NCBI GenBank assembly: GCA_021793645.1
Contig: JAJYSJ010000002.1
Coordinates: 2,003-66,002, forward strand
DNA length: 64,000 bases
Origin: Bacillota bacterium
GTDB taxonomy: Bacteria; Bacillota; Sulfobacillia; JAJZYS01; JAJYTV01
Direction: 5' to 3'
Part shown: positions 42,281 to 50,741 of the stretch, one piece after another
How positions within the stretch are numbered: position 1 is the stretch's first letter
Layout: every line of letters begins with the position of its first letter
Notes under the pieces: model-generated
Databases searched by the model: none
Told to the model about the DNA's origin: nothing
What the model saw: the letters and a program-made list of their open reading frames with translations, nothing else
Made by a program: the position numbers and the translations under genes

Positions 42281-42346
42281 AACGAATGGCCTCCTCTGCC
42301 ACCACCTGCAGTCGATTCCAAGCACAGTCAGAAGGGCGCATTCTGC

Positions 42347-43870
42347 GTGGACCATATGGACTGGGTGCGGGCTCAGCAGCACGCAGCCTCCCCGCGGATG
42401 TACCAGACTGTGCGCCTGCGCGAACAGGACTTCCTTCATCTGTTATGGAAACTCCAGGAAGTGCTCCTCTGCTTGGAGGTGGGCTGCGTGACGCTGCGTG
42501 CCCTTGCCTACGATCTCGACATCGAGCTACTGCCCGTGCCTTCCGAGCATCCGATTGCGGATGCACCCGGCCGGATCGGCGTCTCATGCACCGTTCGCCT
42601 GCGCAATGAAGGCCGCCGCCCGGCATCCCAGGTGCATCTCCTGCTGTACCGGCTACTTCGCATCCTGTCCGCCGCAGAGTGGAACGCGACGGAGAAGCCG
42701 CTTTTGCTGCGGCAGTCCGTGCGGCGAATGTCGGTAGAGGGCGCAGATACGCTCTACGTAAATGCCGTGACGCTTTCGCTCGCGCAGGAGCTGGAGCCTG
42801 GCCGAGAGACGACATTGCGTTTGCACTATGGCGGCACGCTTGTCGGATACCGCGAAGCGTTCGCGTATGTCCATGACTCCGTGCAACGCGACGTCGCGGT
42901 CCTCAGGCCGGAGGTGCTCTGGTATCCGCTCATCGCCCGTGCATCCTGGGAGGGGTTCCTCAGCGCCTTGTCCGTGCCGCACTTCCACATGACGGTGCAC
43001 CTTCCGGAGCGCTGGGACTGCTTTGTCGCCTCGAGTGAGGCATCTGACCGAACGCATCGGCAAGTGCAGTTCACGAGCGCTACTCCATCGCTTGGAATGT
43101 ATCTCATCGCTGGACGGTATGGTCATCTGCACCGTGGCGAGATCCACGTCCACCACCTCCCGGGTAGAGAGGAATGGGCACGCGCCGCGTGCTCCGCTGC
43201 CTCCTTCGCCAGATCCACCCTGCGCAGCTGGCTCGGTCCGCCCGCATTCGGTGAAGACAGAGTGACGATCGTTCAGATCCCGGCGGGCTGGGGGTCCCAG
43301 AACCTTCCTGGCATGATCACCCAGACTGGCGAGAGCGACCCGGAACGCACCTTTCGGGAAGTGGTGCACGAGGTCGCCCACTTCTGGACTCCCCTCGGGG
43401 ATCCCAATCGGTTCTGCGACGAGGCGATGGCACATTTCCTCGAGGACCTACTAGAACGCGAAAAGAACGGGGAACAGCGCGGGGAAGCAGCATTCGCCCG
43501 CCACCTTGACGCACTCCGGGACAGCCCGGGCGCGCTGCGCGCTCCACTGGCGACGGCGGCAGGCCGCTTAGAGATCGACGTCATCTCGCGGCACAAGGGG
43601 CCCCTGGCCCTGGCGGTGCTCGATGCCTCTATCGGCCGAGCGCGGTTCTTTCAACTGCTCCGGGACTGGGTCGCCAACCCCGTTGCCGCTGGAGCGAGTG
43701 CTGGAACATTTGCGGAGTTCGTGCGGCGCGCACTCGTTGGCGAACAGGCTTGGAATGTTCAGAAGTTCCTCGACGATTGGTTCTACAGCGAGTCCGACAC
43801 AATCCAGCCGAACCTCCCGATAGCCGCAGCGCTCGACCGCGCGGTCGAGCGCTACAAGAGGAGCCGCTAG
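42347..43870 (+). CDS. M1-family (gluzincin) zinc metallopeptidase/aminopeptidase-like protein
   Basis: HEVAHFW...(18)...E zinc-binding HEXXH-X18-E motif. The start is uncertain: GTG 42347 after GAAGGG, or ATG 42356/42395. Divergent from gap. Confidence 0.6.
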   Translation: MDHMDWVRAQQHAASPRMYQTVRLREQDFLHLLWKLQEVLLCLEVGCVTLRALAYDLDIELLPVPSEHPIADAPGRIGVSCTVRLRNEGRRPASQVHLLLYRLLRILSAAEWNATEKPLLLRQSVRRMSVEGADTLYVNAVTLSLAQELEPGRETTLRLHYGGTLVGYREAFAYVHDSVQRDVAVLRPEVLWYPLIARASWEGFLSALSVPHFHMTVHLPERWDCFVASSEASDRTHRQVQFTSATPSLGMYLIAGRYGHLHRGEIHVHHLPGREEWARAACSAASFARSTLRSWLGPPAFGEDRVTIVQIPAGWGSQNLPGMITQTGESDPERTFREVVHEVAHFWTPLGDPNRFCDEAMAHFLEDLLEREKNGEQRGEAAFARHLDALRDSPGALRAPLATAAGRLEIDVISRHKGPLALAVLDASIGRARFFQLLRDWVANPVAAGASAGTFAEFVRRALVGEQAWNVQKFLDDWFYSESDTIQPNLPIAAALDRAVERYKRSR

Positions 43871-43895
43871 CGGAATGCTCCCGTCTCAGCGTACG

Positions 43896-45239
43896 TCAAA
43901 TCAGGCCATCTGCCCTCGCCCGTGCGAGGCGCTCGCTTAGTTCCGCGTCCGAGATGGCCGTAACGCGGCCATCTCGGTACTGCGCCTCGACCCAACCGTG
44001 CAGGCACTCGACCGCGGGATGGTCCTTCGCCACCGACCCCGCCGCCAGACCGAGCTTCCGCTCCAGCCAAAGGGCGACGCCCGCAATGCCCGCCTTGTCC
44101 GTAACGAGCACGCCAGGCGGGCGTCCAAGCAGGCGTCCCGTATCGAAGATGCTGTAGATCTCCTCATCCTTGCGCAGACCGTCAAGGTGGATGCCCGCGG
44201 CAGTGACCTGGCTTTGGGATCCGACGAACGGCGTCATCGGCGGGATCCGGTAGGAGAGGCTTTCCTCGGCGTAGCGCGCGACCTCGGAAACGGCCAGCGT
44301 ATCCACGTCGCTGCGGCCGGTGAGCCCCATCCACTCGAAGAGAAGTCCCTCGATCGGCGTATTGCCGGTGCGCTCGCCGAATCCGAGCAGCGTGCCGTTC
44401 ACGGCGCCGCAGCCGTAGTGCCACGCCGTGACGGCATTTGACAGCCCGTGATGGAAGTCGTTGTGGCCGTGCCACTCGAGAGCCGCCTCCGGTACGCCGG
44501 CTTCGTGGCGCAGTGCGGCAACGAGCTTCGGCACGCTGCGCGGCGGCGCAGCGTCGTCATAGCCGACGCCGTAGCCAAGCGTGTCGCAGAGGCGGATCTT
44601 CACCTGGATGCCGCTCTCGCGGCTGCGCTCCATCAGGATGCGTGCGAAGGGCACGACGAACCCCTCGATGTCTGCCCGCGTCACGTCCTCAAAGTGGCAG
44701 CGCGGCACGATTCCCTCCGCGAGGGCCGCGTCCACGATCGCGAGATATGCCTCCACGGCCCTTCGGCGGTCCAGACGCAGCTTGCGATAGATGTGGTAAT
44801 CGGAGCACGAGGTGAGGATTCCGGTCTCGCGCACACCCGCCGCCTTGACCAGCGCGAAGTCCTCAGGCCTGGCACGGATCCAGGCTGTGACCTCCGGGAA
44901 GCGATAGCCGCGTTCCTGGCAGACCTCAACAGCCCGGCGGTCGCGCTCGCTGTACAGGAAGAACTCGGACTGGCGTACGAGACCGGCTTCTCCGCCAAGC
45001 CGATGCAGCAGGTCGAAGAGCCGCAGGATCTCCTGCGGCGTGTAGGGCGCACGGGCCTGCTGCCCGTCGCGGAAGGTCGTGTCAGTGATGTGGGGATCCT
45101 TTGCCGGATGCGGCGCGACGCGCACGCCGTCGAAGGGAATGCGCGGCGGCTGCGTGTACGGGAAGACCTCGCGGAGGAGTTCCGGTTCCTGGCGGTTCAG
45201 TGCGGATTCGTGCATATTGTTCGCCCCCCCTTGCATCAT
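43896..45239 (-). CDS. HMGL-like 2-isopropylmalate/homocitrate/citramalate-synthase family enzyme, lacking a C-terminal regulatory domain
   Basis: ITDTTFRDGQQ pyruvate-carboxyltransferase motif and HGHNDFHHGLSNAV...GERTGN metal-binding motifs. 447 aa. Confidence 0.7.
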   Translation of the reverse strand: MMQGGANNMHESALNRQEPELLREVFPYTQPPRIPFDGVRVAPHPAKDPHITDTTFRDGQQARAPYTPQEILRLFDLLHRLGGEAGLVRQSEFFLYSERDRRAVEVCQERGYRFPEVTAWIRARPEDFALVKAAGVRETGILTSCSDYHIYRKLRLDRRRAVEAYLAIVDAALAEGIVPRCHFEDVTRADIEGFVVPFARILMERSRESGIQVKIRLCDTLGYGVGYDDAAPPRSVPKLVAALRHEAGVPEAALEWHGHNDFHHGLSNAVTAWHYGCGAVNGTLLGFGERTGNTPIEGLLFEWMGLTGRSDVDTLAVSEVARYAEESLSYRIPPMTPFVGSQSQVTAAGIHLDGLRKDEEIYSIFDTGRLLGRPPGVLVTDKAGIAGVALWLERKLGLAAGSVAKDHPAVECLHGWVEAQYRDGRVTAISDAELSERLARARADGLI

Positions 45240-45258
45240 CGCTTGACGAGAATGATCG

Positions 45259-45275
45259 TGAATCCCAAATATTCA
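45259..45275. promoter_or_regulatory. LysR-type T-N11-A box (TGAAT-N7-ATTCA) between the divergent HMGL-like and LysR genes
   Basis: Perfect dyad TGAATCCCAAATATTCA in the 76-bp AT-richer divergent intergenic region. Confidence 0.45.
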
Positions 45276-45315
45276 AATAGACACTTCACATTTTCCGATC
45301 AGCGAGGGATGGCTG

Positions 45316-46206
45316 ATGGACACGACAGCGCTGCGTACCTTCGTCGTGGCCGCGCGCGCCGGCAGCTTCCGCCGGGCTGCCGCGCTGCGCTACCTTTCCC
45401 AGGCCACCGTGACCCAGCAGATCCAGCGGCTCGAGGCAGAGCTCGGAACGCCGCTGTTCGACCGCAGCGGGCGTGCGGTGCGCCTGTCCGCGGCAGGAAG
45501 CGCCTTCCTGCCGCGTGCGGAGCGCGTGCTGCGGGAGCTTGCGGCCGCTCAGGCCGACCTCGGTGAAGGCAGACCCGCTCCCCTGCGCATCGCCGCGGCA
45601 CCGCACATCGCCCGGGTCTTCCTGCCGTCGCTGCTCGCGCGCGCTGCGGCGCCCGAGCGCTGGGCGCTGTCCGTCCTCTCCTCGACCGATGTTCCGGAAG
45701 CGGTGCGTACAGGCGAGGCGGACGTCGGACTCGCCCGTTTCCGCCCTCTCCCCCTCGATCTGCAGTCGATCTTCCTCTACGAGGACGATCTCCTGCTGAT
45801 CACCGCCCACGACGGCCTCGACCTCGACCGCGAGCCACCCGACCCTGCCGATCTGCTCGGACGGCTGCCGCTCTTCACCTACGGCCCCGGAGCGACCTGG
45901 ATCGCAGTGGAGGAGGCCCTTCGCCGGGCCGGATTGCCAGCCCCACGGTTGATGCACGTAGCCCAAATCGACATCGCAAAGCAGTTCGTGCTGGGCGGAT
46001 TCGGTGTCGCTATCCTGCCAAATGCCGCCGTGCGCACGGAACTTGCCTTCGGCAGTGTGCTCGCGGTACCGCTCCTAGGCATTGCCCTGCCGAAGGACGG
46101 CGTGTACGCGATCCTCCCCGCCGAACCTTCACCCGCTGCCCAGCAGTTCGTGCAGCGGGCGGGGACCTGGTTCCTCGGACGAAGGACGGGCCACCACGGA
46201 ACTTGA
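45316..46206 (+). CDS. LysR-family transcriptional regulator
   Basis: MDTTALRTFVVAARAGSFRRAAALRYLSQATVTQQIQRLEAELGTPLFDR is the canonical LysR HTH; 296 aa. Confidence 0.85.
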   Translation: MDTTALRTFVVAARAGSFRRAAALRYLSQATVTQQIQRLEAELGTPLFDRSGRAVRLSAAGSAFLPRAERVLRELAAAQADLGEGRPAPLRIAAAPHIARVFLPSLLARAAAPERWALSVLSSTDVPEAVRTGEADVGLARFRPLPLDLQSIFLYEDDLLLITAHDGLDLDREPPDPADLLGRLPLFTYGPGATWIAVEEALRRAGLPAPRLMHVAQIDIAKQFVLGGFGVAILPNAAVRTELAFGSVLAVPLLGIALPKDGVYAILPAEPSPAAQQFVQRAGTWFLGRRTGHHGT

Positions 46207-46349
46207 TCTTGTGTCTCTTGGCAGGCGGCAGGACCCTGCGGAGGTCCAGGCGCCATGCGATGCGCGTCTTCGGGAAACTTGTCGTATGGGTCTACTTTCG
46301 TACATCCCGGCATACATGCACCCCATCCGCATAAGGGGGGCTTCTTGCC

Positions 46350-47660
46350 ATGGCCCTGGATCCAGACCGGTTTGACGAGGCGCCCCATGCCACCCTGTCG
46401 CAGCGGATCCGCTCACGCACCGCGCGGGTAGCGGTCATCGGAATGGGCTACGTCGGCTCTCAACTGGCCCTCGCCCAAGCGGAAGCCGGCTACCACGTAC
46501 TCGGCATCGAGGTTGACCCGGTCCGCCTGACCCAACTGAAGCTGGCAACAGATCTCTCGTCTCGCATCGCCGGCGGCAGCCTTCAACTGACCAATGACGT
46601 GCAGGCGCTCAGCACTGCAGACGTGATCGCAATCTGCGTCGGGACGCCTCTCAGTCGCAACCACGAACCCGACGTGGGGCCGCTGTGCTCAGCTGCAGCA
46701 GCGGTCGGCAGCACACTGCACCCTGGCCAGCTCGTTATCGTGGAGAGCACCGTGTACCCGGGTGCGACAGAGGAATTGGTGCGGGGGATCCTCGACGATC
46801 GCGGGCTCGTCTGCGGCGAGGACTACTTCCTCGCCTACGCCCCTGAACGCGTGGACCCCGGCAATCAACGGTACAGGTTTCGCAACACCCCGAAGTTGGT
46901 CGCAGGGGTAACCCCGGAGGCTGGCTCTCTGGCGAAAGCATTCTACTCCTCCGCTGTGGAGCAGGTCCTGGAGGTCTCGGAACCGAGAATTGCGGAGATG
47001 GCCAAGCTCTACGAGAACGCCTACCGCGCGGTGAACATCTCCTTCGTCAACGAGATGATGCTGCTGTGCCACCACATGGGCATCGACGTGTGGGAGGTTC
47101 TGTCCGCGGCGGAGAGCAAGCCGTTCGGCATCCAGATCTTCCAGCCCGGTCCAGGCATCGGCGGCCACTGCATTCCCGTCGATCCCTTCTACCTCTCCTG
47201 GAAAGCACGGGAATACGGCTTCCAGATCGGCTTCATCGAGCAGGTCGCTCGGGTGAACTGGCAGGTTGCCAGGCATGTCGTGCAGCAGGTCTCCACCGCG
47301 CTGAGCGACTCGGGGAAGAGCCTGCGAAACGCGAAGCTCCTGGTCCTCGGGGTGGCCTACAAGGCGGACGTCGCCGACGTCCGTGAATCGGCGGCATTGC
47401 GAATCCTGCCGGAACTCAGGAAGCTCGGTGCGCAGGTCCGCTACCACGATCCCCTCGTCGCCGAACTGGAAGTCGACGGTGAGCACCTGCGCAGCGTCGA
47501 CCTTACACCCGACGCGTTGGCGTCCTCCGATTGCGTGCTCGTGCTGACCGACCACAGCGGCGTCGACTACGAGGCGGTAGTGCGCTACGCACCCTTGGTC
47601 TACGACACGCGCAACGCGACCCGGCTGCAGCTTCCATCCCCCAACGTGTTGCGACTGTAG
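46350..47660 (+). CDS. UDP-N-acetyl-hexosamine 6-dehydrogenase (WecC/WbpA/TviB/Cap5O family nucleotide-sugar dehydrogenase)
   Basis: VAVIGMGYVGSQLA Rossmann motif, ESTVYPGATEE, AYAPERVDPGN and ...FQPGPGIGGHCIPVDP... with catalytic Cys align with WecC/WbpA rather than HasB/Ugd-type UDP-glucose dehydrogenase. Confidence 0.78.
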   Translation: MALDPDRFDEAPHATLSQRIRSRTARVAVIGMGYVGSQLALAQAEAGYHVLGIEVDPVRLTQLKLATDLSSRIAGGSLQLTNDVQALSTADVIAICVGTPLSRNHEPDVGPLCSAAAAVGSTLHPGQLVIVESTVYPGATEELVRGILDDRGLVCGEDYFLAYAPERVDPGNQRYRFRNTPKLVAGVTPEAGSLAKAFYSSAVEQVLEVSEPRIAEMAKLYENAYRAVNISFVNEMMLLCHHMGIDVWEVLSAAESKPFGIQIFQPGPGIGGHCIPVDPFYLSWKAREYGFQIGFIEQVARVNWQVARHVVQQVSTALSDSGKSLRNAKLLVLGVAYKADVADVRESAALRILPELRKLGAQVRYHDPLVAELEVDGEHLRSVDLTPDALASSDCVLVLTDHSGVDYEAVVRYAPLVYDTRNATRLQLPSPNVLRL

Positions 47661-47672
47661 GCGGCGGGCGCA

Positions 47673-48959
47673 ATGCTGCACGTTCCGAAACTGCAGGGTC
47701 TGATGCTGTTCCTGATCGTCGCGGCTGCCGTCGTGGGGCTGAACGCCGCGATGAACCAGGGGGGAATGCTCGGTTTCAGTCTCTACGGCGCGGTCACCTT
47801 GACGTATCTCCTGCTCAAGATCCTCTTCTCGCTCTGGTACCGTCCATTCGAGGCGCCCGAGGGTTGGTGTGACGATCAATCGGTCGCCGTCATTGTGCCG
47901 GTATACAACGAGGATCTGGAAGTGTTCCAGCGCTGCCTGCAGAGCATTCTCCTACAGAGCAGGCCAATCGACGAGATCTACGTGGTCGACGATGGATCGC
48001 AAGATGACGCATGTTTTCGCGTGGCCCAGGAAACGTTCCGCGGGACGCCACACCGGGTCGTGCGCTTCACCGAGAACCGCGGCAAGCGATACGCCCAGGA
48101 GGTGGCATTTCGCGAGACCACTGCCGACATCGTGCTCACTGTCGACAGCGACAGCGTCCTCGACGAGAACGCAGTGCGTGAAGGCTTGAAGCCCTTTTCC
48201 ATGACCAGTGTCCAGGGAGTCTGCGGCCAGGTGCGTGTGCTGAACCGCGACCAGAATTTCCTTACCCGGTTGCTCGATCTGCGGTACCGCAACTCGTTCC
48301 TCTACGAGCGGACGGCGTACACCGTCTGGGATTCGGTGCTCTGCTCCTCCGGCGTGATCAGCTTCTGGCGGGTTGCGCTGGTGCGCTCACACCTCGACGA
48401 CTACGTGAACCAGACCTTCCTCGGCGTGCCCGTGGGGTACGGCGACGATCGCAGGATGACCAACTACGCCTTGCTGACGGGGCGTGTGGTGTTTCAGGAG
48501 ACAGCCGTCGCCGATACCGTCGTCCCCATCACCCTGCGCCATTTCCTAAAGCAGCAGAACCGGTGGAACAAGTCGTTCTTTCGCGAGACGATCTTCGCAC
48601 TGACCCGCCTCCCGCTGCGGCGCATTGCGTGGTGGATTTCCTTGAGCGAGGTTGCGCTGTGGCTGTTCTTCACGGTCAATCTGGTCGCCAGCGTGATCCG
48701 GCCCCTGGTCGGCGGCACTGCGCTTGGCGTCTACTACCTCGGGTATCTCGCCTTGATGGCGTACGCCCGCAACGTGCGGTTTGGACTGGGAAACTGGGGT
48801 ACGTTCCTGCTCTCCCCGCTGTACGGCGCCTTGCATCTGTTCCTGCTCGTTCCGCTCCGCGTCCTGAGTCTCTTCTCCCTGCGCGACGGACGATGGGGAA
48901 CGCGCGAGGCCGGCGGGCCTCCCCCGCCTACGGTGGGCAGCAACGTCTCGTCTGCGTAG
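47673..48959 (+). CDS. Class I hyaluronan-synthase (HasA)-like processive GT2 polysaccharide synthase
   Basis: Collinear with streptococcal HasA over the full length: VAVIVPVYNED, EIYVVDDGSQDD, NRGKRYAQ, LTVDSDS, GDDRRMTNY, QQNRWNKSFFRE (QXXRW), LLSPLYGALHLF and ...WGTRE. 428 aa with N- and C-terminal TM segments. Confidence 0.85.
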   Translation: MLHVPKLQGLMLFLIVAAAVVGLNAAMNQGGMLGFSLYGAVTLTYLLLKILFSLWYRPFEAPEGWCDDQSVAVIVPVYNEDLEVFQRCLQSILLQSRPIDEIYVVDDGSQDDACFRVAQETFRGTPHRVVRFTENRGKRYAQEVAFRETTADIVLTVDSDSVLDENAVREGLKPFSMTSVQGVCGQVRVLNRDQNFLTRLLDLRYRNSFLYERTAYTVWDSVLCSSGVISFWRVALVRSHLDDYVNQTFLGVPVGYGDDRRMTNYALLTGRVVFQETAVADTVVPITLRHFLKQQNRWNKSFFRETIFALTRLPLRRIAWWISLSEVALWLFFTVNLVASVIRPLVGGTALGVYYLGYLALMAYARNVRFGLGNWGTFLLSPLYGALHLFLLVPLRVLSLFSLRDGRWGTREAGGPPPPTVGSNVSSA

Positions 48960-48971
48960 GGGGGTTTCGCG

Positions 48972-50573
48972 TTGTCGCGGTCTCGGGTAATTCTTCTCGT
49001 CCTGATCGTTGCCGGGATGCTGCTGGCGCTGGTGATGGAGTCCGGGCTCTGGTCACCGTCCATCTCCCCTGCGCGGGTCACCGAAGCGTTCACCAGCATG
49101 AGCGGCACGCCGCCGCCTCCATCCCCTCCACGCCTGCCGCCGGTTGCAACCGCCTCCTGCAGATCGGCCTCTCAGTCGTGGCTGCAGGTCTGGGGCGACA
49201 ACTTCAATCAACCCTTTGACAACTACCGCTGGCATGTCATGACGGGACAGCCGCGCAAGAACGGTGAAGTGGAGAACTACCTTGCAGCGAACGTACTGGA
49301 TCAGGGTGGCAACCTCGTTCTGCGTACAGCACGGGAAGGATCAGGCTACTCCTCCGGCGCCGTCGACACCAGAGGCACCCTGTCCCTGCTCTATGGCAAG
49401 ATCGTCATCCGTGCGAAGCTGCTGCGCGGCCAAGGGATCTGGCCGGCATTCTGGCTCAGGCCAGTGAGCGGCAGCCTGCTGCCGGAGATCGACATCATGG
49501 AAATGCTCGGGAGCCGGCCGAACGCAGTCGATATGACACTGCACTGGGAATCCGCACAGGGACCCACGCACACCTACATCGAGCACATTGGGCCAGACCT
49601 CTCGGCTGGCTTCCATACCTACACGCTCGTCTGGCTGCCCGGCGACCTGCGCTGGTACCTTGATGGGCAGCTGCTCCTCAATGTGACGGCCCACGTTCCG
49701 AATGTACCGATGTACCTCACGATGAACACTGCTGTCGGCAGCACCTGGGGGGGCTACCCGGCGCCAAGCACGCAATTGCCCCAGGATCTGCTGGTAGACT
49801 TCGTGCACGTCTACCAGTACGGCATCTGCACCAGCGGGCACTTTACGCCGTCCCCGGGCGAGTACGTCAACATGAGCTGCGAGTGCCGGGTCGGCGTGTT
49901 CGTTCTGCACCAGGTCTCGTCGACTAACCTTGGCCCCTACAATATCACGCCAGCCCAGCTTGCGGCGGACGTCGACTACCTGCGCCGTCACCACGTCCGC
50001 TTCATGTCGCTGGAGCAGTTCCTCACCTTCGAGGAAGGCCGCTGGAAACCGCAGGGAGCCTGGGTGCTTCTCACCTTCGATGACGGCTACAGCAGCATCT
50101 ACCGGAATGCGCGACCGATCTTGGCGGCGCGCCACATTCCGGCGGTCCTGTTCCTCATCGGCAGCAGACTTGATACGGAACGCTTCTGGATGTCCACAGT
50201 CCAGGTGAAGAGTCTCGCGCACAGTGGCCTTTGGGCAATTGAAGCACATACCTTCGCAGAGCACCACCTCGTTCACGGCGTGCCGGTGCTGCAAACCCTC
50301 GAGAGCAAGAAGCAAGAGGTCGTCATCGTGCACGACACCTGGCGCGAGCAGGCGGTTATCCGCTCCTTGACCGGCAGATCGGCATACGCCTTCGCCTTCC
50401 CATACGGCTACGAGACCCCGACGCTGGCCGCTCTCTACAGCCGCAGCTATGCCATCACCTTCGACTCGCACTACGCCTTGGCGCAGCCCGGCCAAGATGT
50501 GGTGCCGCGCATAGACCTCGGGTCACCCAAAGCGGACGTTCAGGCGATCTGGCAGCATTGGTTTGCGCATTAG
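48972..50573 (+). CDS. Secreted/membrane-anchored bifunctional enzyme: N-terminal GH16 glycoside hydrolase domain plus C-terminal CE4 (NodB-type) polysaccharide deacetylase domain
   Basis: N-terminal signal/anchor MSRSRVILLVLIVAGMLLAL. GH16 catalytic motif ...WPAFW...LPEIDIMEM (E-I-D-I-M-E). CE4 motifs LTFDDGY and ...AHTFAEHHL.... Confidence 0.72.
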   Translation: MSRSRVILLVLIVAGMLLALVMESGLWSPSISPARVTEAFTSMSGTPPPPSPPRLPPVATASCRSASQSWLQVWGDNFNQPFDNYRWHVMTGQPRKNGEVENYLAANVLDQGGNLVLRTAREGSGYSSGAVDTRGTLSLLYGKIVIRAKLLRGQGIWPAFWLRPVSGSLLPEIDIMEMLGSRPNAVDMTLHWESAQGPTHTYIEHIGPDLSAGFHTYTLVWLPGDLRWYLDGQLLLNVTAHVPNVPMYLTMNTAVGSTWGGYPAPSTQLPQDLLVDFVHVYQYGICTSGHFTPSPGEYVNMSCECRVGVFVLHQVSSTNLGPYNITPAQLAADVDYLRRHHVRFMSLEQFLTFEEGRWKPQGAWVLLTFDDGYSSIYRNARPILAARHIPAVLFLIGSRLDTERFWMSTVQVKSLAHSGLWAIEAHTFAEHHLVHGVPVLQTLESKKQEVVIVHDTWREQAVIRSLTGRSAYAFAFPYGYETPTLAALYSRSYAITFDSHYALAQPGQDVVPRIDLGSPKADVQAIWQHWFAH

Positions 50574-50741
50574 ACCACAACGCCAGCCGAGCGGGACCTC
50601 CGGCAGTTTGCTGCGCGCCCGCTGCCACTACTTCCGCTGGAAGATCCTCACCCGGTCCTCGGCCGCATTTGATACTGGATCTCGAGCAAGGCACAGGCCC
50701 GGCGAAGGCACTGCCTCCACCGGGCCAGCCGTACTGTTTGC

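Noticed and set aside
41223-42815. 530-aa version of the gap ORF (and 2131..3420, 60608..61501, 15811..16662 long forms)
   Set aside because: The N-terminal extensions lack homology and an RBS and would overlap neighbouring genes. Internal starts with good RBS give canonical protein lengths.
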